Positions 49,788 to 62,317 of a stretch of DNA of 64,000 nt are shown here, piece after piece; positions within the stretch are counted from its first letter, which is position 1, and each line of letters starts with the position of its first letter. Origin of the DNA: Zootoca vivipara (taxonomy: Eukaryota); contig NC_083288.1 in assembly GCF_963506605.1 (NCBI RefSeq), positions 29,326,001 through 29,390,000 on the forward strand, given 5' to 3'. A program made the translations under genes and the position numbers. Under the pieces are notes generated by a model. That model saw only the letters and a program-made list of their open reading frames with translations. It had not been told where the DNA came from and made no database searches.

Positions 49788-50074
49788 ATAGATTCATTTT
49801 GTGGGGGGTCCATCTTTGTTTCCTATGGCTACATGTTCTCTGCTGTGCTGGGAATCCCATCTGTTCAAGGTAGATATAAAGCATTCTCTACCTGTACCCC
49901 CACCTGACTATATTCTTTATTTATTAGCAGAGCTGTGTTTTCATACACAAAAACTAAAGTGATTTTCTCTACAAATTTGCTCCCTTCTGTATTGTATACT
50001 GTTTTGCCACCATTACTGAATCCCATAATTATCTATAGCTTCAGAAACAAGAACATCCAAGAGGCAGTGCTGTA
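49788..50074 (+). pseudogene. Degenerate OR 3'-half fragment (third copy)
   Basis: Near-identical to 39817-40104; a shorter piece also lies at ~46667-46736. Confidence 0.85.
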
Positions 50075-50235
50075 AATTCCGAAAAAGGTAAAAGGTCTTC
50101 AATTATGTTTGCGTAAGCTGTGTCTCACACTTATTCCAGGTTATTACACAGGTTTCTAGCGCCCACTTTTGTGTGATGTCCCTTAATTCTGGCCTTTGTC
50201 CTGTTTTACAGCTTACACTTTGTTAAAATGTGCAT

Positions 50236-50577
50236 AGGTAAAGGGACCCCTGACCATTAGGTCCAGTCATGACCGACTCTGGGGTTGCGGCACTTATCTC
50301 GCGTTATTGGCCGAGGGAGCCGGCATACAGCTTCCAGGTCATGTGGCCAGCATGACAAGCTGTTTCTGGCGAACCAGGGCAGCGCACGGAAACGCTGTTT
50401 ACCTTCCCGCCGGAGGTATTTATCTACTTGCACTTCGATGTGCTTTCAAACTGCTAGGTTGGCAGGAGCTGGGACCAAGCAACAGGAGCTCACCCCGTCG
50501 CAGGAATTCGAACCACCGACCTTTTGATGGGCAAGCCCTAGGCACAGTGGTTTAACTCACGGAGCCACCTGCGTCCC
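50236..50577 (-). mobile_element. Sauria-type SINE (segmental copy)
   Basis: Same sequence and flanks as 40266-40608. Confidence 0.92.
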
Positions 50578-53429
50578 GGAACATGCTATAGTGTGGGCTA
50601 AAAATTCATCTTAAAATATATAGATAGATTAGAATGAAGCTCTTGCTCATATTATGTACCTCCTGTGGCTTCGGAAATGAAAGAAGTGCTCACAAAACAT
50701 TTTTATGTACAAAACTAATAGGGGGTGAGTCATGACAAAGAACTGAAAAATGTGTATTTTACCAGAGCAGTGTGTACAGAAAGTATACAAAATGGATGCA
50801 ATTTAAATGCAGAGATTTTGTTCATTTAAAATAGGAAAAAAAGAGGATGGACTTGACCTATCACTGATTATGTGCATTTATTTCAAATAAAGAAAAATGA
50901 AAGGACTGCACCCTCACTCATTTAAAGGTAAAGTAATAATACTCAACCAAATGTAGAGATTTTTCACAAGTTTCATATTTGCTTTCATTTTTCACCTTCA
51001 TTTTTACGCAATCTATCTAGAATTTGGCAACTATGCTGCCCTGTGAGAGAATACTCCTGAATTTGCCAATTGGGTGGAAAACACTTAAGTTACAGGCAGC
51101 AGAAAACACGATGGCTCTCCACAAATACAAAAACAAGAGCTAATACAATTTAGAAAATCAGCTAAGCTGTTTTTGAAGAGTGGGAAAGTAGATATTCAAT
51201 TTTCGTTTGCATCTTGAATTCCTTTTCACAAGCAAAATAGTGCAAAAACTGGTGAAAATCAGATGATTGGCCGCTATGTCTTTAAATCCTATAAATGTGT
51301 TGAGACTCCCATTTACTGTGCACTCACTGTGTTTCCTTTGTTGGTTTTTTTAATTCAGGTTCTTATAATGCTATCCAAAACACATATCTGTACCTTTGAA
51401 ATAACATATGGCTGTTTTATGTATTGCTTCATGCCACCCAAAAGCTCTGAGCCGTGCAAGATCTCAAAGGTTCCAGGGTTTGTTTTTCTCTTGGAATGAG
51501 GTGTAGTAGAGACTGTGTGGTCTATAGGCTATATGGTTTATTTAAACATATATACAACCTGAGTCTACATTGCAGGGTTCACAGCATTATCACCCCAAGA
51601 GGGTCTTGCTTCTCTCATAGCTGCAGCTTTGAATATAAACAGAAATCAAGCATCTTTCTGTATTTCCAGCTTCCCAGCCTGCTTCATCCAGTTTCCAGCT
51701 CCAATTATCCCACCCTCAACTCTTGCCATTGTATTTCTAACTATCAGGAAGTTGAAGGAGGGGCCCCACCCATTTGCTACCCGGCAGAGAGCCTCTCCTT
51801 TTTTGTTACCTTAATGGCCAATTCCCATACCAGGGAGCTAGCCGGGCTATTCTAGGAATGCTCCACACATCAATGGGGGGGGAATTTTGCATGGTCACAC
51901 ACAGCCCCCTGACCCCAGAGGGCGACTCCGTGGTAGTTCGGTGCTGGCACCGCCTTCCCAGGTAGGATGCCAGGGGTCTCGGCCTGCCCAAGCCTAGCAT
52001 CCAATCTGTTGTCCCTGGGGAGTGTTGGCCCTTCCCCCATGTATCTCCATTCCTTGGCCCCCACCCTTGGAGAAGGAACTGTCAGCTTCTGGGTTCTATT
52101 TCCCAGCATGCTCTTTTGTCTGAGCCCTCTGTTGTCCCTGGGGAGTGTTGTCCCCTCCTTCCTGTATCTCCATACATTGGACCCTGCGCGTGCATCATGA
52201 ACATTTTTTATATAAGCAGAAGTTATTATTGTTTAATTTCATTTTTTGGGTTGTCATTTATTTTGGTGGGTATTGTATGACTTGGGCGTTGATGTGTGTT
52301 TTGTGGTGGTTTTTTGGTTATCTGGATTTTCTAATTTTGGAGTAGGTGTTTTGAATGTAGGGTGTGGTTTTGGTTTTAACACACATGCCTTTCTCAGACG
52401 GGCAATAGTGTGTTAAAGAGAAGGCACTCTGCGGAGAAGGCACTTTGCGTATGGTCAGAGGCACCCTCCACGCGGAATGTGGGTACCTTAGAATCGAGCA
52501 AAAAAGAAAAAGTGCTGCAAGGGTGGGGAGGGAAAGGTCCCAATCGAGGAGGAAGGTGGGCTGACATCGGATGAGTTGATTATGGTACTGTATTTAAAAA
52601 GTCATTTGTGCCTATTGGTTTAGTACTGAGTTGAACCAATGTGGCTATGGGTATATGGCTCATTAATAAATTATTTAAAGAGCATCGTTAATTAGTTAGA
52701 TGGTGAATGTTTAATTAGTGTACTATTAATTCCAAGCCAAGCCAATGGGCCTTTTCTGGGCTTTGCCAGGTGGCTATATACTCCTGTTGCATTTCTTCCC
52801 CAGAGTGGTGCATGGCATCACAGCAGGCCTCCACATGGCTTCAAACATAACTCTGATTCAAGTGAATATTCTACCTGCTCAGTCTCTAGGAACAGTAGGG
52901 AAAGAACTATTGCCTGCCTGAGAAAGAGTCAAGAGCGGGTCGAGAAACGCACAGTGAGATCATGGTCTCCCTACTGCTGTTCACGGATGGCTCGGCGCAG
53001 TTGTAGGTCTCCTTCCACCTCTAACCTATCTGACAATTCTTTGAGCCCTGAACTGCATAGGCCTCAGAGCAAGAGAGAAAGACCCCACAGAACCAAGAGA
53101 AGAGGACGTAAGTCTAGACAGGACTCATCGGATTCCTCACGTAGGTCTGACTACTTGAACATGGAGTGTGAGGACCAGATCAAGGGTACTGGATCACAAT
53201 GGCTAAATTGTCTGGTCTCCCAAAATGGGACGGGAAAAGTAGAAAAAAGAGGCACAGGCGTGACAATGGTTTTCATAGCCCCTTGCGGTGAGGAGGGCTT
53301 AGACTCCAGGGAGGCACATTAGTGTCTAATTTTAAACATATGTGTCAGCCCCCTGGGATCCGCTTGCACACAAAGATATGTGAGCGCATCCTCAATGGGG
53401 AGTTTATAGACATGTTTTCTTGCTGTGGT

Positions 53430-53960
53430 ATAAAATCAAAACCTGGTAAGCAATGACCACATGGGAGAGACTTTGGAAAGTATATCTGAAATTTAGTTCA
53501 TGTTATATGAAAATAATGTATAGATGGTGCTTAAAACTGTAATAAGTTAGCAAAAATGTATTAAAAGGCTCCAAATATGTGCCGGAAATACCAACAGGAG
53601 GAAGGGTCATCTTATCACATGTTGGTGGTCCTGGGAAAAAGCCAAAGGGTTTTTGGGAAATGATATATAATGAATTGAAAAGGATGTTTAAACTGTTAAT
53701 GCCTTTAAAAAAAAAAAACCACAACAACAACAATCGAAGCATTTTTGCTACGATAACAGGAATGGAAGTCCCCCCAAAAACTGACAAATTTATTTCCATA
53801 TGCAACAACAGCAGCTACAACTTTATATGCACAGAAGTGGAAAAAAGAAGGATTACCAAGGAAGGAGAATTGGCTTATGAAACTAATAGACTATGATGAA
53901 ATGGCAAAAATTTACCACCAGACTAAGAGGACATAATGAGGAAGTGCATAAGGAGGAATT
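53430..53960 (+). mobile_element. L1-type LINE ORF2 3' fragment (mirror copy at ~3260-3800, minus strand)
   Basis: Degenerate cysteine-rich C-terminal region (..HM.WS...KGFWEMIYNEL..). Confidence 0.65.
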
Positions 53961-54354
53961 GAGGCAAATCATAGATTATCTTTCAAAGTATCACCCATAC
54001 ATGAAGTTGCAGACAGGATTGGATTACTGAAAGATCTAATGATAGTGAAGTTCAGACAATAAAGACATATGTACTGTAAAAAAAAGTTAATTAAAAAATC
54101 ATGAAAAGGAGGGGTGGGAAGTCAAGAAGAAGGGGTTGTGTCTTTTTTGTGTTTTTGTTGTTTTTTGTTGTTGTTGTTTTGAAAATACATTTGTCAATGC
54201 CAATAAATGTTTTGGAATATTTTCGGATAAAATGATGTGTGGTAATCTGATGAGTTGATACAAATAAAATTAATCTGATCTGTTCGCTTTTTTCCTGCAA
54301 TCCAAATAATGTTTGCACAAAATAAGCTCAAGTGAATTCATTTACGCTTATTGC

Positions 54355-56500
54355 TAGATAAATGGGATAATGGGATCCTCCTAACTGAGGGTCCGCCTTG
54401 CATGTGGGCCCAAGGCACCCCCCCACACTATCCTTGAGGGGGTGGGAGACTGAGCCCAGCCCACGTGATGCTCCCATGATCACGCCATGGCCTATTGGCC
54501 AATCAGGGATCGGTGGTGTGATTGCGGGGGCATATAAAAGGTGGTGGTGCGTTTCTGGGGATTCACCTGGATTCTCTGTCTAGGGCCGGCGCGCTCACTT
54601 AGGCTCAATCCCTGTTTGCCCATGATCTGTGTGCAGCTTTTGTGCTCCGGAAGGCTCTGGAGGGCTGGCATAGACTTCAACCATCTTCTGGTGTTGGCCA
54701 CAGGCCTGCTACCTTTGACCTTTTATGTAAAATTTACAAAAAACTAAGATCTGTTTGCTGGTCCCAGTATGAGGCACGGTTGTTCTCTGCCGCTTATTCT
54801 ATGGCAATTTTTGGAGCTCAGAGTGGGTGAGGTTGTTTTTGAGGAGGTCCGTGGAGGAGTTCCTAGGGGTCTGCACTTAGAGGACATATATTTGGGAGAG
54901 GCAGAATTGGTGGTCCGGATTAGTTGGTAAAACTCAGACCAAAGGGGATAAGGGGGCCCTGCTTAATTTGTCTGCAACGGCGTATGGAGGTCCCTGCCCT
55001 GTAAAAGACAGCCGGAGGTATTTACAGATCAGGCCTCCTGGAGTTCACCCGTTCTTGATTCATGAGGACGGAAACCCTTTAGCAAGGCATCTATTCACCA
55101 GGGTTGTGTGGAAGGCTATCACGGCCTGTGGCTTGCCAGCACTGGAATTTACTGCCCATTCTTTCAGGATTGGCGCCGCTACGACAGCAGTTCATTGGGG
55201 CCTTTCAGTGGGCAGGAAAAAAAACTTGGGCCGGTGAGATCCAATGCCTATAAAGAAAACATCCGGAAAAGCAAGTGCCGGTAGCATGTAATCCACCTCC
55301 TAACATGTTTTGTCTTTTCCTTTGTTTCAGTGCTGCCGGAGTTGCACATGTGGTTTGTGGGTCACAGCATCATGAATTGGCCCGGTGTGTGTTTTGGTCG
55401 CAGTTCCTGGTGCATCAGATGTGGCGCAATAGTTCATGCCCAGCTGCTGCCAACAGAACCAGGAAGCATGTTGACCCTGAAGTGTCAAACAAGGTGTTGG
55501 CACTGGGTGGCAGAGTAAAACACCACCCTGGTATTCCCTTCAGTGATGGAGCCCTGTTTCGGGCTGATGGTTTGCATCTTTCCGATGGCGGAAATGATGT
55601 GTGGATGGACAAGATCGTTAGAGGTTTGAAAGATTGGAAGATTGGAAGCATAGCTGCCAAGTTCGGATCGTAAAGATCCGGGATCGGCAGCGCGTGACGC
55701 AACTTCCGGTGGCGCTTCGCCCTTCTATGGGCACCAGAAAATGGTGGCGCCAGCGCCGGAAGTCGCTTCCGCGCATGACCGGAAACACGTAAAAGCGACT
55801 TCCAACGCCGGCGCCGCCATTTTCTGATGCCCATAGAAGGGCAAACCGCAACCGGAAGTCGCGTCACGCAACTTCCGGTCATGCGCGGAAGCGACTTCCG
55901 GCGCCGGCGCCGCCATTTTCTGATGCCCATAGAAGGGCAAAGCGGCACCAGAAAAATGGCCGCCGGGAAGAAGCAAATTAAAGGGACAATGCCGGGATTT
56001 TCTGCCAAACGGGAGACCGCCGGGAAAGGGTAAGAAAAAAGGGGTTTTCCCGGCGGATACGGGATACTTGGCAGCTATGATTGGAAGTGTGAGGGTATTG
56101 GCAGCGAGCATGGGGCTCGTGTGGTGGTTGGGCATGGGCTTATTGTGATGTCGTGGAAGAGACCTCAGCTTCCCCTCCAGGTACAAAGGTATTCCATTAG
56201 AGGAATCTGCAGGTCTGGATCTCATCCAAAGTCTGCTTGCTGCCATAACCCAGCAGGAACCCTGGGGTGAACTTCAGTTGGTTGTCATCGACGGAGCTCC
56301 TTCGTTTGGTTGTTTACCCTTCCAGACTTCCTGCAAGGTGGGCAGGAGTCCGATATAGTTATTGCCAATGACTAAGCCAATACCACTCACAGTGCTGTAA
56401 TCAATAAAGTTTTGGCCTACATTTTTGCCCATTAACCTTAAACTAAAATTCTGTGTCCGTGTGTATTTATTTATCCTTGGGTGTGCGCCAGGGTCTTGAC
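54355..56500 (+). mobile_element. Ngaro/DIRS-like element family A, right-arm copy with different deletions
   Basis: HSFRIGAAT, WFVGHS, FRADGLHLS; AATAAA near 56403; mirror of 771-2862. Confidence 0.87.
55649..56079. mobile_element. CpG-rich hAT-type non-autonomous element (CATAGCTGCCAAG TIRs), right-arm-specific
   Basis: TIRs; 8-bp TSD ATTGGAAG; internal inverted and tandem repeats; absent near 1035. Confidence 0.88.
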
Positions 56501-57699
56501 ATACAATTGGGATTAAATGGAAGCCTGAAGATAACTTCCTTTTGAGTTCCTAGCAGAACTGGCCATTATTGGATTATCCTTCGTAAACAGCAGTGTGAGC
56601 GAGCAGAGCTCAGGTGTATGCCAGCACCCCATTATGCTGTCCGCTACTGGCTGGTGTCTAAGTTTGAGCAGGCCATGTTACCTGTCAATCACCTGATCTT
56701 TTAATTTAAATTATTATCAGTTTGTCTGTGAGAGTTTCCAGGACAAATACAACTAAAGAACGCTTTTCAAGTGCAGGCTTCTTAACTCCTGCTAAGCAGC
56801 AGTGATGCAAGTGAGTTTAGGTCAATTGAGAGCCACTACACTACCATAATGTCTGCTACTGCCATTGGGTGCACCCAGTTCCCCAACCTTTGTACGTAAG
56901 CTCTAATGCACATGATGGAAAAGCATACTTCATATGAAGGGGAACCTAAGCTCCTTCAGCTAAACACTTATGGAAGCTCAAAGTAGAAGTTCATGATCAG
57001 AAAGAATGTGCCAGTGTTGCAAACAGATGAGGTGGGGGGAGAGGACAATAAAAATAGTTGTGATGTTATATGAAATTTAGGTATGCTTTACAAGAAAACA
57101 AAATGAAAAAGTATCCTTGCATACTAGAAGTCAATTAATGTTTGGAACCTTTTTCATCTTCTTTGTACAATAGTGTGTCTCAATGGGCATTCTTCAGCAA
57201 ATATGAATTAATTCCAATGGCAACAACATGGGGAGAGCACAAATTTCCCTGGAGCAAAGATTCTCAAGAGATTTTGCAATGGCATCTTTGTTTGCATATC
57301 TGAGAACAAGTAAATATGGGGAATGCAATTTGCTGATATTATATTGGTGTGTGTATTTTGGATTTTTGTTGTCCATGAAACATTGTTGCTTCTTTTCATT
57401 TACACATTGTGTACATTTCAGTGGCAGAAATGGATGAATGAGACAACCTTTGCATACCAGGATTGGGTGGAAATACTCTCATGTGATATTACTCTTCTCC
57501 TGGTCGTCTTGCTTTTCACATATATTGAGGAGCAACTGGGGCAGAACTGGGCTGGCTACCTTGAGTCTTTCTCCTCTTCAGCTCCCTTTGTGTCTTTCAC
57601 TTTCTGGATTGATCAAGCAGGCTCTTATATTTTTATGCATATTAAAAGAACTAGTAGGGAAATGGACAACATTTGTTTTGCACAGCATCATGGGACTGG

Positions 57700-57849
57700 T
57701 ATGTTCTCCCAAGAGAGACCCTGAAATAGCACCAGAAAGGAGAATGACATCACCTCCTTCACCTCCGCCTGGCAACCCATGTGCCTTCAAATAAATATCC
57801 CCGTCAAGCACATTGGCAGTCTAATCTTCTGAGAGAAAGAGGGGTGAGT
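57700..57849 (+). promoter_or_regulatory. Putative promoter and exon 1 of the 60547 OR; BovB lies in its intron
   Basis: ATGTTCTCCCAAGAGAGAC (O/E-like, resembles the 37120 motif), ATAAATA near 57791, GTGAGT at 57844. Confidence 0.5.
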
Positions 57850-58005
57850 ATAATTATTCTTGATCATCTGAAATGATTTTAATGATTCAGTGTGCAGTCT
57901 TCATCTGCTTATTAGATATGAAATTTCAGATCGACTTTCTAGAATGGTGGTTCCTTTACCCTCTTTAGTTAATTCAGTGTGGTCTCTCCCTCTCATCCAA
58001 ATGTT

Positions 58006-60000
58006 TTGTTGTCGTTTAGGCGTGTCCGACTCTTCGTGACCCCATGGACCATAGCACGCCAGGCACTCCTGTCTTGCACTGCCTCCCGCAGTTTGGTCAA
58101 ACTCATGTTCGTAGCTTCGAGAACACTGTCCAACCATCTCGTCCTCTGCCATCCCCTTCTCCTAGTGCCCTCCATCTTTCCCAACAGCAGGGTCTTTTCC
58201 AAGGATTCTTCTCTTCTCATGAGGTGGCCAAAGTATTGGAGCCTCAGCTTCAGGATCTGTCCTTCCAGTGAGCACTCGGGGCTGATTTCCTTAAGAATGG
58301 ATAGGTTTGATCTTCTTGCAGTCCATGCGACTCTGAAGAGTCTCCTCCAGCACCAAAATTCAAAAGCATTAATTCTTCGGCAATCAGCCTTCTTTATGGT
58401 CCAGCTCTCACTTCCATACATCACTGCTGGGAAAACCATAGCTTTAACTATACGGACCTTTGTTGGCAAGGTGATGTCTCTGCTTTTTAAGATATTGTCT
58501 AGGTTTGTCATTGCTTTTCTCCCAAGAAGCAGGCGTCTTTTAATTTCGTGACTGCTGTCACCATCTGCAGTGATCAAGGAGCCCAGGAAAGTAAAATCTC
58601 TCACTGCCTCCATTTCCTCCCCTTCTATTTGCCTGGAGGCGATGGGACCAGTGGCTATGATCTTGGTTTTTTTGATGTTGAGCTTCACACCATATTTTGT
58701 GCTCTCCCCTTTCACCCTCATTAGAAGGTTCTTTAATTCTTCCTCACTTTCTGCCATCAAGGTTGTGTCATCTGCATATCTGAGGTTGTTGATATTTCTT
58801 CCGGCAATCTTAATTCCGGTTTGGGATTCATCTAGTCCACCCTTTCGCATGATGAATTCTGCGTATAAGTTAAATAAGCAGGGAGACAATATACAACCTT
58901 GTCGTACTCCTTTCCCAATTTTGAACCAGTCAGTTGTTCCATATCCAGTTCTAACTGTAGCTTCTTGTCCCACATAGAGATTTCTCAGGAGATAGATGAG
59001 GTGATCAGGCACTCCCATTTCTTTAAGAACTTGCCATAGTTTGCTGTGGTCGACACAGTCAAAGGCTTTTGCATAGTCGATGAAGCAGAAGTATATGTCT
59101 TTCTGGAACTCTGTAGCTTTCTCCAGTGCATGTTTGCTATTTGGTCTCTAGTTCCTCTGCCCCTTCGAAATCCACCTTGCACTTCTGGAAGGTTTCAGTC
59201 CATATACTGCTGAAGCTTGCCTTGTAGAATTTTAAGCATAACCTTGCTAGCGTGTGAAATGAGTGCAATTGTGCGGTAGTTGGAGTATTCTTTGGCACTG
59301 CCCTTCTTTGGGATTGGGATGTAGACTGATCTTCCCCAACCCTCTGGCCATTGCTGAGTTTTCCAAACTTGCAGGCATATTGAGTGTAGCACCTTAACAG
59401 CATCATCTTTTAAAATTTTAAATAGTTCAGCTGGAATATCATCACTTCCACTGGCCTTGTTATTAGCAGTGCTTTCTAAGGCCCATTTGACTTCACTCTC
59501 CAAGATGTCTGGCTCAAGGTCAGCAACCACACTACCTGGGGTGTACGAGACCTCCATATATTTCTGGTATGATTCCTCTGTGTATTCTTGCCACCTCTTC
59601 TTGATGTCTTCTGCTTCTGTAGGTCCTTACCACTTCTGTCCTTTATTATGATAATCTTTGTACAAAATGTTCCTTTCATATCTCCAATTTTCTTGAACAG
59701 ATCTCTGGTTTTCCCCATTCTATTGTTTTCCTCTATTTCTTTGCATTGCTCGTTTAAGAAGGCCCTCTTGTCTCTCCTTGCTATTTTTTGAAAATCTGCA
59801 TTCAGTTTCCTGTATCTTTCCCTATCTCCCTCGCATTTTGCTTGACTCCTCTCCCCCGCTGTTTGTAAGGCTTCGTGGCGAAGGGGCTTAATTAACTTAG
59901 AGAAGTTATGTTTTGACCAAATGTGATCCACCTGGAGAAGGAACAGGCAAGCCACTCCAGTATCCCTGCCAAGAAAACTCCATGGACAAAGACGACAGGT
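58006..60000 (-). mobile_element. BovB (RTE-clade) LINE, 5'-truncated, with an inverted 5' piece (~59870-60000)
   Basis: RT motifs GVRQGCILSP and LRYADD; typical BovB C-terminus and CAA tail; frameshifts; 11-bp TSD ATCCAAATGTT (57995-58005 / 60001-60011). Confidence 0.95.
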
Positions 60001-60197
60001 ATCCAAATGTTACATGTTTCTTAAAATGCTTTATGTACGTGTTATGGCTCAATCGGAGATTTCTGTAAAAACTTTACCATTTACATAATGTGGCACATGG
60101 CTTAGAAAGTATGTGTATGCACCCAGTCTGTGTTGTCTTTGAGCCAGGATAAATAATATTAGCTGAAAATATGTGAGTGCAAATACAGACTTTATAT

Positions 60198-60360
60198 CAG
60201 GCACCCCAGGAGGTTCCATTAGCCCAGGCATCCCCAAACTTCGGCCCTCCAGATGTTTTGGCCTACAACTCCCATGATCCCTAGCTAACAGGACCAGTGG
60301 TCAGCGATGATGGGAATTGTAGTCCAAAACATCTGGAGGGCTGAAGTTTGGGGGTGCCTG
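60198..60360. mobile_element. Palindromic hAT-type MITE with a duplicated left terminus
   Basis: CAGGCACCCC/GGGGTGCCTG termini; TSD CTTTATAT at 60190-60197 and 60361-60368; second left terminus at 60225. Confidence 0.8.
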
Positions 60361-60546
60361 CTTTATATCATACCAGGATGAAAGCACACATCAAAAATTG
60401 ATAGTGTGCATACTTGGTTCTTGATTCGGATAGATGTGTAGTTGTGAACTAGCGCAATATATAAGATGATCTTTTTTAAAAAACAGAATGTTCAAAATTT
60501 ATAAGCTCCACTAACTCAAAACTATTTAACTTCTATCTGCAGAACA

Positions 60547-61497
60547 ATGGAAATGAGAGAAATGGCTAACCAATCTACTCCAACAGGGTACCTTCTCATG
60601 GGGTTTTCTGAAGCCCGTGATTTGCAGATTTTGCATTCTGCAATGTTTCTCTTCATTTACTTAACAGCTTTAGTGGGAAATTCTCTCATCACCACAGCTG
60701 TGGCCCTAGACCACCACCTTCACAGCCCGATGTACTTCTTTTTGATTAACCTGTCATTGTTTGATGTCTGCTCCATCTCCACTACTGTGCCCAAATCCAT
60801 TGCCATTTCATTGACAAACAACACCATGATTTCTTTTGCTGGATGTGTCACACAGGTCTTCTTAGTGGTGACATTTGTTGGTGGTGAGCTTGCTTTGCTC
60901 ACTGTTATGGCTTATGACCGTTTTGTAGCCATCTGTCACCCACTACAATATGCCTTCATCATGAATTGGAATGCCTGCATGCAAATGGTAGCTGCTTCCT
61001 GGATAAGCAACCTGATCCATGCAGTATTGGAAACCAGTTTTACTTTCATGCTAAATTTCTGTGGGACCAATATCATTGGACAATATTTTTGTGACATTCC
61101 TCAATTGCAAAAGATTTCTTGCAGTGATACAAACATGAATCAAATTCTGATTTTTGTCCTTGGGTTTTTTATTGACTCTTTTTGTTTTGCATTTATCTTT
61201 GCGTCTTATGGCTACATATTTTCTGCTGTGCTGAGGATCCCATCAGTCCAAAGCAGATATAAAGCTTTCTCTACCTGCATTCCTCACCTGACTGTCTTTT
61301 CTTTATTCATCATCACAACTGTGTTTTCATACATGAGGCCAAAAGCACTTTCTTCCCCCACCGTGGACTTGGTTTCTGCTGTATTATATACAGTTTTACC
61401 ACCGGTTCTTAATCCCATTATTTATAGTCTCAGGAACAAGGACATCCAACTGGCAGTCTGGAAAATACCCAGAAAACTGAAACAACTCATTAGATGA
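60547..61497 (+). CDS. Olfactory receptor, family 14-like (third subfamily)
   Basis: Intact ORF (start 60547 or 60562, MANQS); LHSPMYFFL, MAYDRFVAICHPLQY, KAFSTCIPHL, PPVLNPIIYSLRNK; acceptor CTGCAG ends at 60542. Confidence 0.95.
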   Translation: MEMREMANQSTPTGYLLMGFSEARDLQILHSAMFLFIYLTALVGNSLITTAVALDHHLHSPMYFFLINLSLFDVCSISTTVPKSIAISLTNNTMISFAGCVTQVFLVVTFVGGELALLTVMAYDRFVAICHPLQYAFIMNWNACMQMVAASWISNLIHAVLETSFTFMLNFCGTNIIGQYFCDIPQLQKISCSDTNMNQILIFVLGFFIDSFCFAFIFASYGYIFSAVLRIPSVQSRYKAFSTCIPHLTVFSLFIITTVFSYMRPKALSSPTVDLVSAVLYTVLPPVLNPIIYSLRNKDIQLAVWKIPRKLKQLIR

Positions 61498-62317
61498 TTC
61501 ATCAGTTCCAGATTTTTGGAAAACATGGAAACACTTAATGTATATCTGAGGTTGAACTTAGGAAATTTCTTTTTTCACCTTTGAAATAGAGGATTTCATA
61601 ATATTAACTATATCATATTAAAAGGCTCCTTGCCATTTTCACAGATTTAGTGACAGAGAATATGTTGATCCTGTTATTTCTTCTGTTATGGGCCATAATT
61701 GTTGCAGACACTGTTGCAGAGAACTATCTTGATTGTATCTTATGTAGACATTTCCGAAAGAATTGTTTTTGTGTTGTTACTTACAAATCTGACTCTTAAA
61801 ATTGAAGGCCTTGTATTTGCTTTAAGATATGTTAGTCTAGTTTCTCGTTAAACATAGTGAATGTATGACAGAGGGTGCTGTATATTAACAATACAAATAA
61901 TAAATAGTTGTTGGGTGAAACCTGTTCCCCTTACAAAGCTGCAACATCCAGATTTCTTGGGGAGGAGGTTGAATGTTATAGCACTTTGGGAATGCCAAGG
62001 TGGGAGTGGAAGGAACAGAAGGATCTGTGATTCTCCATCTGCTATATATGCATGTGGGGGTGTTGGGAATGACCACTCCCCACATCAAATGGGGGACGGC
62101 TTTTGCATGGTTGTGTGCAGCTCCCTGGATCCCTGTGCGGCTCCTGGTAGTTAAGGACTGGCTTCATCCTCCCTAGACAGGATACCTATGGTCTCCACAT
62201 ACCTGCGGTACCTTGGTTTATGAACTTAATCCATTCCAGAAGTCCGTTCTTAAACCCAGAAATAAACAGTAAATTGCAAGAACTCGGGCCAGGAGGAAGA
62301 TGAATTTCAAGTAAGGT

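Larger units (their letters stand above)
30929..61355 (+). repeat. Right arm of the inverted duplication, with an internal tandem duplication (~37045-41654 / ~45601-51580)
   Basis: Shared ORs, SINEs, MITEs and unique flanks appear in mirror order. Confidence 0.9.

Noticed and set aside
55415-56246. Long GC-rich ORFs (197 and 173 aa)
   Set aside because: They run through a repetitive CpG-rich MITE and antisense Ngaro sequence, with no domain-like content.
57979-58977. Plus-strand ORFs of 190 and 135 aa
   Set aside because: They are antisense shadows of the BovB RT frame.
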